Positions 11,573-21,571 of a stretch of DNA of 64,000 nt are shown in pieces. The notes under the pieces were generated by a model. It was given only the letters and a program-made list of their open reading frames with translations, was not told where the DNA came from and did no database searches. Numbering within the stretch: position 1 is the stretch's first letter; each line of letters opens with the position of its first letter. The stretch lies in the sequence record PQ657772.1. One strand, written 5' to 3'. The translations under genes and the position numbers were made by a program.

Positions 11573-13069
11573 ATGGCATATAGAATGTGGAAAAAAGGTA
11601 GAACCAATGATTACAAGTTCATTGACTCTGCCATAGCAGAACAATACAACATCGGTGGTGTTGACATGTGGCTTTATGCCTATGTCGGACCAAAACAAGT
11701 CGCTGATAACACTGATTTATCATACGGCGGCGATTATTATGGATCAGATAGTACCGTTGTGTCAAGCATTGGTGATTTAATTTTTGGTGACACTCCAAGT
11801 CGTAACTATAATCTCGAAGCTATCACCTTAAGTTGCGTCTACCAAGTCCAAGAAGCAACTCCTGACTTGAAAATCCCAGGATTGTTCTTCAACTTTAACA
11901 CTATGGACATCACAATTCATTATAACACAATGATTCAGCGTTTGGGAAGAAAAATTATGCCAGGTGACGTAATCGAACTTCCTAACTTACGTGATTTTGA
12001 TGTACTTGGTAAAGATTCTGGTTTAAACCGCTTCTATGTAGTACAAGATGGGTTTAGAACGTCAGAAGGTTACTCAGTTACATGGCAACATCACATTTAC
12101 AAACTCCGTGTTAAACCTCTTACTGATTCACCAGAGTACTCTGACCTTCTAGGTAACAATAACTACCCTGATGACCCAGATGATCCAAACAACGGCAATG
12201 GTAATACTGATGATGGCTCTTCAGAGAACAGCAGCTATGGTAATGAAATGGATATTATGAACCGTATCATTATGCAAGCTGATGATGAAGTACCATACAT
12301 TCATTTTACTAACGAACACTTGTTCGATGACAGACCAGATACTGTTGATTTGTCTAAGTATATGCTAAATGGATACGAATTACCAGAGGAACCAGCAAAT
12401 AAAATGTATTTCCTCAAGAAAACTTACCCAGTACTGAAAGAACTATCTAATGATACATGGATTTCTGTAGAAGTCAAGCGTGGAACAATCTTTCCTCGCA
12501 AACCGATGGATGGTGACTTCTTCTTTAAAGAAAACGAGGCTGATGTCACTGGCTTCTCATTGTATCAATACGATAAATCTGCCAAAAAGTGGCTAAATTG
12601 TGATGTTGAGTATACTACAGAAAGCACACCACCACAAGGGGTTGATGATTTTTATATTGAATACAAAGAACCACACATTTATCAGTACTTAAATGGTAAA
12701 TGGGGAGAACCAGAAGTAACTTACGTTAATGACCCATTCACTTCTAATAGTGTTTATGGAAATATCGATTCACAACAAGATTATCGTCCTAAGATTCCTC
12801 CAGCACGAGGTACAGTTCCTGAAGGTAATATGTTCCCAAGTGATGCAGTTGATGGTGATTACTACTATCGTACCGATTATACACCAGTAACCCTATGGGA
12901 ATACAGTGCGTCCAAGAATTCTTGGGTGATTTTCGATTACGGTGGTAGAAAACCGTGGGAAGGTGCAGATCTTGCTCTAACAGAATTTGTTAATAGCCCG
13001 AACCGTGTACCATTACATGATGCAGTTAAACCTAATACAGCGTATCGTATACATAAGGATTCAGAATGA
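11573..13069 (+). CDS. Neck/head-tail connector protein (T4 gp14-like) with C-terminal extension
   Basis: N-terminal GGVDMWLYAYVG...IMPGDVIELP...FYVV...HIYKLRVKP resembles the gp14 family; directly upstream of the gp15-like gene; GGAG RBS before ATG 11573. Confidence 0.6.
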   Translation: MAYRMWKKGRTNDYKFIDSAIAEQYNIGGVDMWLYAYVGPKQVADNTDLSYGGDYYGSDSTVVSSIGDLIFGDTPSRNYNLEAITLSCVYQVQEATPDLKIPGLFFNFNTMDITIHYNTMIQRLGRKIMPGDVIELPNLRDFDVLGKDSGLNRFYVVQDGFRTSEGYSVTWQHHIYKLRVKPLTDSPEYSDLLGNNNYPDDPDDPNNGNGNTDDGSSENSSYGNEMDIMNRIIMQADDEVPYIHFTNEHLFDDRPDTVDLSKYMLNGYELPEEPANKMYFLKKTYPVLKELSNDTWISVEVKRGTIFPRKPMDGDFFFKENEADVTGFSLYQYDKSAKKWLNCDVEYTTESTPPQGVDDFYIEYKEPHIYQYLNGKWGEPEVTYVNDPFTSNSVYGNIDSQQDYRPKIPPARGTVPEGNMFPSDAVDGDYYYRTDYTPVTLWEYSASKNSWVIFDYGGRKPWEGADLALTEFVNSPNRVPLHDAVKPNTAYRIHKDSE

Positions 13070-14409
13070 AAATAGATTATTATTATGATGGTCAATTTCG
13101 TCGAGTACTGAAACATCTTATCAGAGTGTTTGGTGAATTTCAAGTACAAAATGGTGTTGATGCTGACGGAAAACCAAAATATAAGAAAGTTCCTTGCCGC
13201 TATGCAGATATTTCACGTATGGCAGCAGCAATTATTAATGGTAACAGTGAGAACGTGCTTCCAACAGCACCAATCATGACCATTAGTGTAAACCAACTTA
13301 AACTAGATCGCAAGTCAGTTCGTTCGAACGCAAATGAAACATTAGTTATGGGGACTAACAAGTCCCCTGGAATTAACGAATATACTAAAGACTTAGATAA
13401 ACAGTATAAAGTAACTCGTCATAACCCAGTACCTTGGACATTTACTTTTGATGTTAATATTTGGGTTACACAAACACAAACCAAAATGGAACTATTTGAG
13501 CAAATTTCAACATTGTTTGCTCCTAGTATTCAATTACAACTCTCCGAGAACCCATTGGATTGGACATCATTGAGTGATGTGGAGTTAATTGACTGTCAAT
13601 TTACTACTCGTGGTTTCCCACAAGGAACAGATAGTGATTTGGATATAATGGTTTTGACATTTGAAACCACAATTTGGTTCTCTTTGCCAGCTATTGTTGA
13701 GAAACCAAAACTTATTCAACAAATTACCACCAATATTAAAGGTGCTCGTGATGAACTTGATTTTGAAATTGGTAATTACTCGGATATCATTACTGATGTA
13801 TTCACACCAAAGAACTTATGTATTAAAGTTGATGAAATAACAAACTCTGAACTTAATATTCCAGATACTTACCAACTCACTCTTGTTAGTCAATCACTAT
13901 CAGAAACATCACCAAATGGTGGAATTTATTCATGGGAAAAATACCTTAAGTACTTGGACCCAGAATATGAAGACAAGACGGTTGGTATCAAATTCCAACA
14001 AGCTATAGAAGAGGACAACCCACTAAAAGGACACATCTCTTCATTTGGTGAAGGTGCTGAATCTAACAAGATTGTAGTTCAGCTTGATAATAGTAATTAT
14101 ACTGTTGATTATACAATACATGGATTCATTAGTAAAAGCTCTTTGTTATATAACGCACTGCCTGAACAATATTATGTAAATAATAGCATACATAACATCA
14201 TTTACAAAGAGACTGAAATCCCAGCGAACTATTTGTTTAAAATTACCAATGATGGAGCAGAACTTATTGAGCCATCACTAGTACACAACTATGTTTATAA
14301 TATGGAAGATAGTGGGTATTATAGATATAATGACAAATTCAAATGGCATAAGAGTATTATGTCAGTATATCGTCAGGGGTATTGGAAAATAACTTTCACT
14401 GACAAATAA
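13066..14409 (+). CDS. Tail terminator/sheath stabiliser (T4 gp15-like)
   Basis: YYYDGQFRRVLKHLIRVFGEFQV...KVPCRY and PVPWTFTFDVNIW...ELFEQISTLFAP match gp15-family motifs; ATGA overlap with the upstream gene. Confidence 0.75.
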   Translation: MKIDYYYDGQFRRVLKHLIRVFGEFQVQNGVDADGKPKYKKVPCRYADISRMAAAIINGNSENVLPTAPIMTISVNQLKLDRKSVRSNANETLVMGTNKSPGINEYTKDLDKQYKVTRHNPVPWTFTFDVNIWVTQTQTKMELFEQISTLFAPSIQLQLSENPLDWTSLSDVELIDCQFTTRGFPQGTDSDLDIMVLTFETTIWFSLPAIVEKPKLIQQITTNIKGARDELDFEIGNYSDIITDVFTPKNLCIKVDEITNSELNIPDTYQLTLVSQSLSETSPNGGIYSWEKYLKYLDPEYEDKTVGIKFQQAIEEDNPLKGHISSFGEGAESNKIVVQLDNSNYTVDYTIHGFISKSSLLYNALPEQYYVNNSIHNIIYKETEIPANYLFKITNDGAELIEPSLVHNYVYNMEDSGYYRYNDKFKWHKSIMSVYRQGYWKITFTDK

Positions 14410-14421
14410 GGAGGTGTTGTT

Positions 14422-14886
14422 ATGAATGAAGCAGTAGGTGCTATATTTTTATCAAAAAGTACTGGACACATGATGTTAAACTTGAGATCAGAAAGAAGTA
14501 CGTATTCTAACAACTGGGCATTTGTTGGTGGGAAGCTTGAGTATAATGAAACTCCGTTACAGGGTCTTATGCGTGAGATTAAAGAAGAGCTAGGTGATTC
14601 TATTCCAACGATAATAGATATTATACCATTTGATGTATTTTGTACGAAGAATGGTAAATTTAAATATTATTCATTTGTCATTGTGGTTGAAAATGAATTC
14701 GTACCTACTTTAAATCATGAGAGTTCTGGTTATGCATGGGTTAAGATTGGCTCATGGCCCAAACCATTACATCCTGGTGCAAAAAACACATTACTCAACA
14801 CAAATTTAATGAAGGATTTCTATTCATTGTGGGAAAGTATACGACAAGGTACACAGTTTGTCAACAGCTTACCATATCGATATTAA
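14422..14886 (+). CDS. Nudix hydrolase
   Basis: Complete Nudix box G-KLEYN-E-TPLQGLM-REIKEELG. Confidence 0.9.
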   Translation: MNEAVGAIFLSKSTGHMMLNLRSERSTYSNNWAFVGGKLEYNETPLQGLMREIKEELGDSIPTIIDIIPFDVFCTKNGKFKYYSFVIVVENEFVPTLNHESSGYAWVKIGSWPKPLHPGAKNTLLNTNLMKDFYSLWESIRQGTQFVNSLPYRY

Positions 14887-14887
14887 T

Positions 14888-14918
14888 AAAAAAGGAGCCA
14901 TTGGCTCCTTTTTTCTTT
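14888..14918. terminator. Bidirectional terminator
   Basis: aaaaGGAGCCA-t-TGGCTCCtttttt between convergent genes. Confidence 0.8.
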
Positions 14919-16019
14919 TTATACCCCAATTAGTGGGATACCTGTTATATTAAGTAGAACAGATGCTTGAAGCTTAACTGACTCACCTGCCGAAAGGTTG
15001 TTTACTATACCATCGACGCGGAACCCTAAGTTTTTATTAGAGTTAAGAGAGTTAACCACCCAGTTTTCGTAATCCGCTTTTGTAATACCATTCGGATTTG
15101 GGAGAGTTGGGTCAACACCATTAATTACCATAGATACATCCCAATTAGGGCGACTACTTGTAATTACATCCTTGATTGATTCTAGTTGTGTAATGCGACG
15201 TGGGTCTGGAATCTGACTTGCACCAATTGAACCAGGAACAAATGTACCTTGGTTATCAACATAGAACTGACCTTTAATGAAAAATGTTTTTGAATTATAC
15301 GGAAGAGAAACAATTTCACCTGATGAATCACTAACTTCACGAATCATAATTTTCAATTCATAAAAATAGTTACTACCAAATTCAAACACACCAGTACCAT
15401 TTGTGAATGTTGTCCAGTTATTTGAATCAACCTGTGAAGTACCACCCATATTGAAGTACGCTAATGGCTTAGTACTGTTACTTTGTGTAAATTCAATATA
15501 TTTCTTACCTGTATCATAGTTGATATCAAGTAGTGTGGAGTACTCTTTATTTTCTGGACGAGATGTTTGAATTTCACGCCATTCTTTATTTTTCATTAGG
15601 ACACGAAGGGAATCACCATTGCTGGTAAGAACCATACGACCCATAATACTATTTTCACCATCTGGTACTGTGTTGAAAATTGAAATCATTGGGATAGATG
15701 CCCAGTCAGCTTCAGATGCAGTATCTACTGGTTGACGAGCATTATCAACTAATGCAAGAAGTAGTTCACCAGTGTTGCCAGTATTTCTGTACCAAATCTG
15801 ACCATTAACGTTACCACGAGGTGCAGTAGCCCCACTGAAGTTCTCAACCAAGTGGAGGAAGTTTTCGTTCCATGCTTGACCGTAACCAACTTTATTTCGA
15901 CCTGCAAAGTTTAACGGTACTGGGTTACTACCAGGTTGGTTTGGTCCTAATATTACGTTATTTGGAATGGTAGCATAAACGCTACCATTACTTCTATAAA
16001 TTGTATAACTTACACTCAT
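14919..16019 (-). CDS. Virion structural protein (baseplate/fibre-associated)
   Basis: N-terminus YTIYRSNG...GRNKVGYGQAWNENFLHLVENF...GQIWY is a motif I recognise from large-phage structural proteins. Confidence 0.55.
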   Translation of the reverse strand: MSVSYTIYRSNGSVYATIPNNVILGPNQPGSNPVPLNFAGRNKVGYGQAWNENFLHLVENFSGATAPRGNVNGQIWYRNTGNTGELLLALVDNARQPVDTASEADWASIPMISIFNTVPDGENSIMGRMVLTSNGDSLRVLMKNKEWREIQTSRPENKEYSTLLDINYDTGKKYIEFTQSNSTKPLAYFNMGGTSQVDSNNWTTFTNGTGVFEFGSNYFYELKIMIREVSDSSGEIVSLPYNSKTFFIKGQFYVDNQGTFVPGSIGASQIPDPRRITQLESIKDVITSSRPNWDVSMVINGVDPTLPNPNGITKADYENWVVNSLNSNKNLGFRVDGIVNNLSAGESVKLQASVLLNITGIPLIGV

Positions 16020-16031
16020 ATCATCACCTTA

Positions 16032-16640
16032 TTATTGTAGTTGGACACGAACTGTGTATTTGATTTGCAAAACACGGTTAGCACTTTTCTCAACTGGGTG
16101 AAAAATAATATGGGTAAGTGGAATACCGCTATCACCATTTGTATATAAACCCAATTCGTCAAATACATATGTCCCATCCATGCTAGTACCAGAGCTAACA
16201 CCTTGGTCAGATGGCTCACCTAAACCTAATGTACAAATACAGACGATATCAGTGTAAGCTTGACCTGGAATGTGAACAGTTGTAATGTTGTTATATTGTG
16301 AATCAATACCAGCAGAGATACGTGGGTTGATTTTTTTCAGATAAGTCTGAGAATATAGACCACCGAAAGAAGTAACGCGTGGTTTCTTGTATGTGATACG
16401 ACCAGTACTCAAAACTACTGTTCCACCATTACCAAAACGCATCTCACTAATAGATCCAATAGGAATACCAGTACTATCTTGATTATAAGCCAACGCATTA
16501 GCAATAGCAGTACTCATATTTTCAGGGTGAATTGCGTTTGATTTATCCAAAACGATTTTTTGGTTAGATGGATCAGTAACGTCAGTAATTAGTACATGAC
16601 CCTTAACAAATAGTTTTGGTTGTTCTGTTTCTAATTTCAT
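16032..16640 (-). CDS. Conserved virion (baseplate/fibre-attachment) protein
   Basis: VKGHVLITD...NAIH...EMRFGNGG...YVFDELGL...HIIFHPVEKSANRVLQIKYTVRV; phage tail-region family. Confidence 0.55.
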   Translation of the reverse strand: MKLETEQPKLFVKGHVLITDVTDPSNQKIVLDKSNAIHPENMSTAIANALAYNQDSTGIPIGSISEMRFGNGGTVVLSTGRITYKKPRVTSFGGLYSQTYLKKINPRISAGIDSQYNNITTVHIPGQAYTDIVCICTLGLGEPSDQGVSSGTSMDGTYVFDELGLYTNGDSGIPLTHIIFHPVEKSANRVLQIKYTVRVQLQ

Positions 16641-16649
16641 TTCTAATCC

Positions 16650-17147
16650 TTAGTAGTTAATTAAAATTTGTTCTAACTTACCAGCTAAACTTTTTTGTAC
16701 ATCAGATGGATACTTGCTAATGTAATCACGGTCAATACCAACTTTCAGATAGGTAAAGTTTCCGGTTAAGGTTTCAGCGAATGTACCAGTTGTACCTTGT
16801 TCTCTAATAAGGTCGCCGCCATTTGGGTTAAGAATGACATTATCAGTAAATTCAAGATAGAAGTTGCAGCTTTCGGTAAATTTAATTGGGAACCAATCAT
16901 CGTCAGATGGATTACTTGCCAGTGTAGCGAGTACGTAAATTCTACCAATGAAGTTACGTAGGGTAAAGGATATTGTATGTAATCCTGTAGTACTACCATA
17001 ATAGCCGCCACTAGCTAATGGTAATGTTTGTTCGTTCCAATGATAATCTAAGTTAGCAGGATACCAGCTATCTGATTCAGGAAATTCTTGCCATGAACCA
17101 TCTTTAGTTTTTCTTTTGAAGAGGAAGTCTTTTGATCTTAATGCCAT
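16650..17147 (-). CDS. Hypothetical virion protein
   Basis: 165-aa ORF co-oriented and tightly packed with the two structural genes downstream. Confidence 0.6.
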   Translation of the reverse strand: MALRSKDFLFKRKTKDGSWQEFPESDSWYPANLDYHWNEQTLPLASGGYYGSTTGLHTISFTLRNFIGRIYVLATLASNPSDDDWFPIKFTESCNFYLEFTDNVILNPNGGDLIREQGTTGTFAETLTGNFTYLKVGIDRDYISKYPSDVQKSLAGKLEQILINY

Positions 17148-17256
17148 TGTTAAGCCCTTTTAGTAGTGAACTTTCATTTATTTATTAATGGCAACGAAAT
17201 GTATTTTGTACTGATAAATATTGGTATATGACATTAACTCATACAAGGGAAATATT

Positions 17257-18384
17257 ATGACAATTTCATTCAACAATGGGTCAGGTGGTTCATGTAATAA
17301 TTCTGGCATCAAAAGTTTAGTTATTAACGCTGCTGGACATTTAATTGTAACCTATTCCGACAATACAATCCAAGACCTAGGTCTAGTGGTTGGACAAAAT
17401 GGTGCTAACGGTAGAAACTTTTATCCAAATGAGATAGGTTTTGAAGTTCCTAATGAACTCTTCCGTGTTGGTGAAGAACTAGGGTGGTGTTATCTTAGTC
17501 TTGCAAACGGCACTAGTACTTTATATTTTAAATCAAACGATGCCCAAGAAACAATTAGTACTTGGAACCGTGTAGAGTTTGGTAAAGGTGATACTGGTGA
17601 AGCTGGTAAACCATTCCACATTGACAGTTCTGGTACGGCGTTTCCAACAACTGGTCTTTTCGATAATTACACATTCTATAATACTGAAGATGGTAAATTA
17701 TATTTCTATCAAAGCGTAACTGCAACATGGAGTGATGGTATTCCTTTCCGTGGTGAACAAGGTCTACGTGGTCGTTTCCATATTGATAGTACTGGTAGTC
17801 AATTCCCAAGCATTGATAATCTACCACAAGATTATTGCTTCTATAACACGACAGATGGTAATTTGTATTATGTCGATATCGTAACTACATCATCAACCCC
17901 AACTAAAGAGTGGAGTGCTGGTATCTTATTCCGTGGAAAAGACGGTGAAGAAGGTAAGCAAGGTGAACAAGGTATTCAGGGTGAACCAGGTAAAGATACA
18001 GTTGTTATCATCAACACTATTGATCATTCATGGACTAACGCATTGTTAGTTATTGGTACATGCCCTGCTGGATACCTAGTAACTAATATCGAAGTTGATA
18101 TTAACCAAGCATATGATGAACCAGTAAATGAAATGTTTGTACGTTTCGGTGGTGAAGCACAAGAAGATATTGGCGGTACTGTAATTGCACCTGTTGATTA
18201 TTTCGATATCAACCGCAAAATGCGTTACATTGTTAACGAAACCAACCACGAAGTATCAAGTAAAGATGAAATCATTTCTTGTGTATTCAATGATTCCGTA
18301 AACAACAGTTCATTTGGTGAAATGAAGATCGTTTGTACTTTATCATGGCAAGCACCTATTCAGCCTATTCAAGATAACATTTAA
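17257..18384 (+). CDS. Tail-fibre/adaptor protein with short collagen-like segments
   Basis: GXX tracts (GEEGKQGEQGIQGEPGKD) and three copies of a F(Y/H)(P/I)...P...Y...DG.LY module; start moved to ATG 17257. Confidence 0.6.
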   Translation: MTISFNNGSGGSCNNSGIKSLVINAAGHLIVTYSDNTIQDLGLVVGQNGANGRNFYPNEIGFEVPNELFRVGEELGWCYLSLANGTSTLYFKSNDAQETISTWNRVEFGKGDTGEAGKPFHIDSSGTAFPTTGLFDNYTFYNTEDGKLYFYQSVTATWSDGIPFRGEQGLRGRFHIDSTGSQFPSIDNLPQDYCFYNTTDGNLYYVDIVTTSSTPTKEWSAGILFRGKDGEEGKQGEQGIQGEPGKDTVVIINTIDHSWTNALLVIGTCPAGYLVTNIEVDINQAYDEPVNEMFVRFGGEAQEDIGGTVIAPVDYFDINRKMRYIVNETNHEVSSKDEIISCVFNDSVNNSSFGEMKIVCTLSWQAPIQPIQDNI

Positions 18385-18398
18385 AAGAGGGTTGATAA

Positions 18399-20540
18399 AT
18401 GGCAGTTTTTTCCAATTTAGAAGGGACCATGATGCCAACATTCAAGTTGGGTAAACGTGGTGCTTCTATTAATTTTGTAAACGATTCTGTCGCAATCAAA
18501 GACTTTTTAGGCGAAACGTTCCTACCTGTTAAGGTGGGAACTCCTAATGACGATGATTCCGCAGTAAACGTTAGGTATCTTGAAGATAACCCAAATGCTT
18601 TATTTGGCGTACTTCCACCAACAAATGACATTGGTAAAAATAACAACACTTATTTTCAAGTTGATTCTGAGGGTATTGTTGATATCTTTGCAAAAACAAA
18701 TGATGTTTGGGTAAAATCATTATACATTAATAAAAATGTCCTTTCCAGTGTTAACGGTGCTGATTATATCGGACTTATTACTGGAGGAACACTTCAACAG
18801 GCACAGTTTTACATAACTCCAGAAGAGTTTGGTGCAAAAGGTGATGGCATCACTGATGACACGGCGGCGGTTAACGCATGTGCAGTTTATGCTAAAGAAC
18901 ACAAAATCCAAATTCAAGCTGGTGGTAATTATCGTATCAGAACTGCTGTTTATTTGAATGATATTCAATGGTTTGGTGGTACAATCACTGGTAACGGTGG
19001 CACAATGGTATCGGTACTGAATAGTACAATCCAACAAGCAACATTAACAGGATGTTATTTAAAATTCTTTGGTGGTAATGGTAAATTTTATTTTAATAAA
19101 TTTATTAATATTACAAGTACTGCTGCATTTCTAATGCAAGGTATGACTGAATCAGGTACTATCGACTTCTGCTTTAATGAAATGACACAATGTAAGTACG
19201 GTGTTCTTCAGCAAGGCACTGGTGAGAAAATGACCGTTGGGCGTTATTCATACAACCACATCCATGATATATATGGTGATGCAATTGAATTGAACGTAGT
19301 CAACTCACATTACCCAGACGGATTTGTAATAGAAGGTAACTTGATTGAAAACGTAGATGGTACAAATGCACCAATTCCTCTTTCAAACTGGGGTATTGGT
19401 ATCGGTGTTGCAGGTTCTGGTCCTTATGATGTGAATGCTGATGATTCACAATATGTAAAAAAATTCGTTATAAAAAATAACCGCTTGTACAATGTCCGTC
19501 AATGTATTCACGTTGAGTTGGGTAAAGACTTTAAAATTCTCAATAATGAAGTTTATCCATCAACGTTGGTATCAATTGGTACTGGTTTGACAACCGCTGG
19601 TGTAATTACTTATGGTTCTGTTGATTTTATTATTGATGGCCTATCTGGGCATCTATTAAATGATCCATCAGTAACTAACCGTATGGTTTCTATTAACTGG
19701 GGCGTAACATCTGGTAAATTTGCTGGTCCTCCACGAAACTTTAAATTATGTAATCTCCACATTCCTGAGTCGTCTATTATTGTGTATACTTCAGGCTCTG
19801 ATAATTGGCTAAATACTACTGAACTTTCTAATATTACATGTAGTAGAATTCAATGGCGTGGATTGCCGTCATCTTCCAAGTTTAATAATATCAGTACTAA
19901 AGAACTTGATGTTATTGGACAACACCTTGCAACTGAAGGTGAAGGAGGGGGCTTATATACTCGCTCTAAATATACATATACCAACTGGACTAATTGTGTT
20001 GTTCAAGATGATTGTAACATATCAAAATATAGTTTCTCAAGAATGTATGTTGACCGTATTGACCAATCATCTAATAACTTTAAAGTAACCACTGCAATTG
20101 ATGGAACGGGTCATCGTGGACCTGTAGTAATACCTGTAGTTGAACAGTATTACGTGCCTTATGATGTTTTTCCTGGTGGGAGATATTTCTCAGCAGGAAC
20201 AATTATCCATAAACAATCAGGTGGAAAATTTATTGTTACAGTAGGTGGTTCTTTCTTTGGTCGATATGACACAATTAGACAAACAGTTGCAGGACAAACT
20301 TATATCGAAGCATTGGGTGTATCATGGGGTGATAATCAATATGCTAAAGCTGCTGGAACCGAAATCCTAATCACAGGAGCAGGGGAAAATGGCGAAGATT
20401 TAAAAACATATATCACTAGAGCAGTTTATGTTGTTAATAATGCGTATCGTATCGATATTGCCGATCCGATTGTTACTGCTACCGCAGCAGGGGCATTATT
20501 GAAAGCTGCTCAACCAATAACATATATCACCCTATCTTAA
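18399..20540 (+). CDS. Tailspike depolymerase, colanic-acid degrading (WcaM-like beta-helix)
   Basis: ITPEEFGAKGDGITDDTAA pectate-lyase-like start; body (GYGILQQG-type, IYGDAIELNV, NWGIGIGVAG, RQCIHVELGK) resembles WcaM and phage colanidases. Confidence 0.8.
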   Translation: MAVFSNLEGTMMPTFKLGKRGASINFVNDSVAIKDFLGETFLPVKVGTPNDDDSAVNVRYLEDNPNALFGVLPPTNDIGKNNNTYFQVDSEGIVDIFAKTNDVWVKSLYINKNVLSSVNGADYIGLITGGTLQQAQFYITPEEFGAKGDGITDDTAAVNACAVYAKEHKIQIQAGGNYRIRTAVYLNDIQWFGGTITGNGGTMVSVLNSTIQQATLTGCYLKFFGGNGKFYFNKFINITSTAAFLMQGMTESGTIDFCFNEMTQCKYGVLQQGTGEKMTVGRYSYNHIHDIYGDAIELNVVNSHYPDGFVIEGNLIENVDGTNAPIPLSNWGIGIGVAGSGPYDVNADDSQYVKKFVIKNNRLYNVRQCIHVELGKDFKILNNEVYPSTLVSIGTGLTTAGVITYGSVDFIIDGLSGHLLNDPSVTNRMVSINWGVTSGKFAGPPRNFKLCNLHIPESSIIVYTSGSDNWLNTTELSNITCSRIQWRGLPSSSKFNNISTKELDVIGQHLATEGEGGGLYTRSKYTYTNWTNCVVQDDCNISKYSFSRMYVDRIDQSSNNFKVTTAIDGTGHRGPVVIPVVEQYYVPYDVFPGGRYFSAGTIIHKQSGGKFIVTVGGSFFGRYDTIRQTVAGQTYIEALGVSWGDNQYAKAAGTEILITGAGENGEDLKTYITRAVYVVNNAYRIDIADPIVTATAAGALLKAAQPITYITLS

Positions 20541-20554
20541 AGGAGATTATAAAA

Positions 20555-21454
20555 ATGGCAGTTTTTTCTAATTTAGAAGGAACCATGAAGAAGACCTTCA
20601 TACTTGGTAAAAATGGTGCACAAATTGCCACTAATGGTAATGTTGTTCAAATCCAGAACTACACGGGTACACAACTTCTTCCTGTTTCAGCAGGTGACCC
20701 AACCGCAAATACACACTTGGTTACATTGGGTTATTTGAATACACATAGCGGTGGTGGTGGCGGTTCCGGTATTTTACGTGGAACTATTGCACCATCTGAA
20801 TCAATCGGTGTAGATGGTGACGCTTACTTCTTAGTTGACAGTACTAATATTATTCAGATCTATATTAAAGACCTTGGTGTTTGGAAGCCTCTCCAAAGCA
20901 CAACTCCAGGTACTGATAGTTCTTACGTTACTACTGAAATCGTTCCTGTATCGGCATTTACATTAGTTCCTGGAACTACAGATCAATATACTTATTCTTT
21001 ACCTGAATCAGTACATGGTCGTGGGCCAGATATTATGGTTCAGCTACAGGGTGATCCTGGTAACATCCCACTTGACACTGTATTCCAAACTAACGTCACT
21101 GTGAGTGGTATTGGTGACATTACGATTGATGTTATTGGTCAAATCACTGAATATACAAGTGTCAAAGTCAACATCATAGGAGCAACAACAATGACAGTAC
21201 CTTATAGTAAATTAATTAATATAGCAGATTGGGTAGCATCTGGTGATGATTACACCATTACTGTTCCAGCGTCAGAACATAACCAAACACCTGACAATTT
21301 GTATATTTCTATATATTCAAATAAAACACCAGGCAGTACAGCAGCATCACCATTTGAACTGGTAATAACCGAAACTCAAATTGATGCAAGTGGTAATGTT
21401 ACATTCACTTCTGACGAAGCGTTTAGTGGTAAAATAGTAATTTCCGGTAAATAA
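20555..21454 (+). CDS. Tail fibre/spike adaptor sharing its N-terminal domain with the depolymerase
   Basis: Identical MAVFSNLEGTM start and a similar first ~100 aa; two C-terminal YT(Y/I)(S/T)(L/V)P.S.H modules. Confidence 0.6.
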   Translation: MAVFSNLEGTMKKTFILGKNGAQIATNGNVVQIQNYTGTQLLPVSAGDPTANTHLVTLGYLNTHSGGGGGSGILRGTIAPSESIGVDGDAYFLVDSTNIIQIYIKDLGVWKPLQSTTPGTDSSYVTTEIVPVSAFTLVPGTTDQYTYSLPESVHGRGPDIMVQLQGDPGNIPLDTVFQTNVTVSGIGDITIDVIGQITEYTSVKVNIIGATTMTVPYSKLINIADWVASGDDYTITVPASEHNQTPDNLYISIYSNKTPGSTAASPFELVITETQIDASGNVTFTSDEAFSGKIVISGK

Positions 21455-21462
21455 AAAAATAG

Positions 21463-21496
21463 TCCAGACTATGATTCATCTAGTCTGGATTTTTTA
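21463..21496 (+). terminator. Rho-independent terminator
   Basis: TCCAGACTA-loop-TAGTCTGGA followed by a T-run. Confidence 0.7.
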
Positions 21497-21571
21497 TATC
21501 AATAACTAAATATATGTATATTAACAAGGTCAAATGTATTTTATGCTTTTTGCCTATTTGGAGGGAACTAA

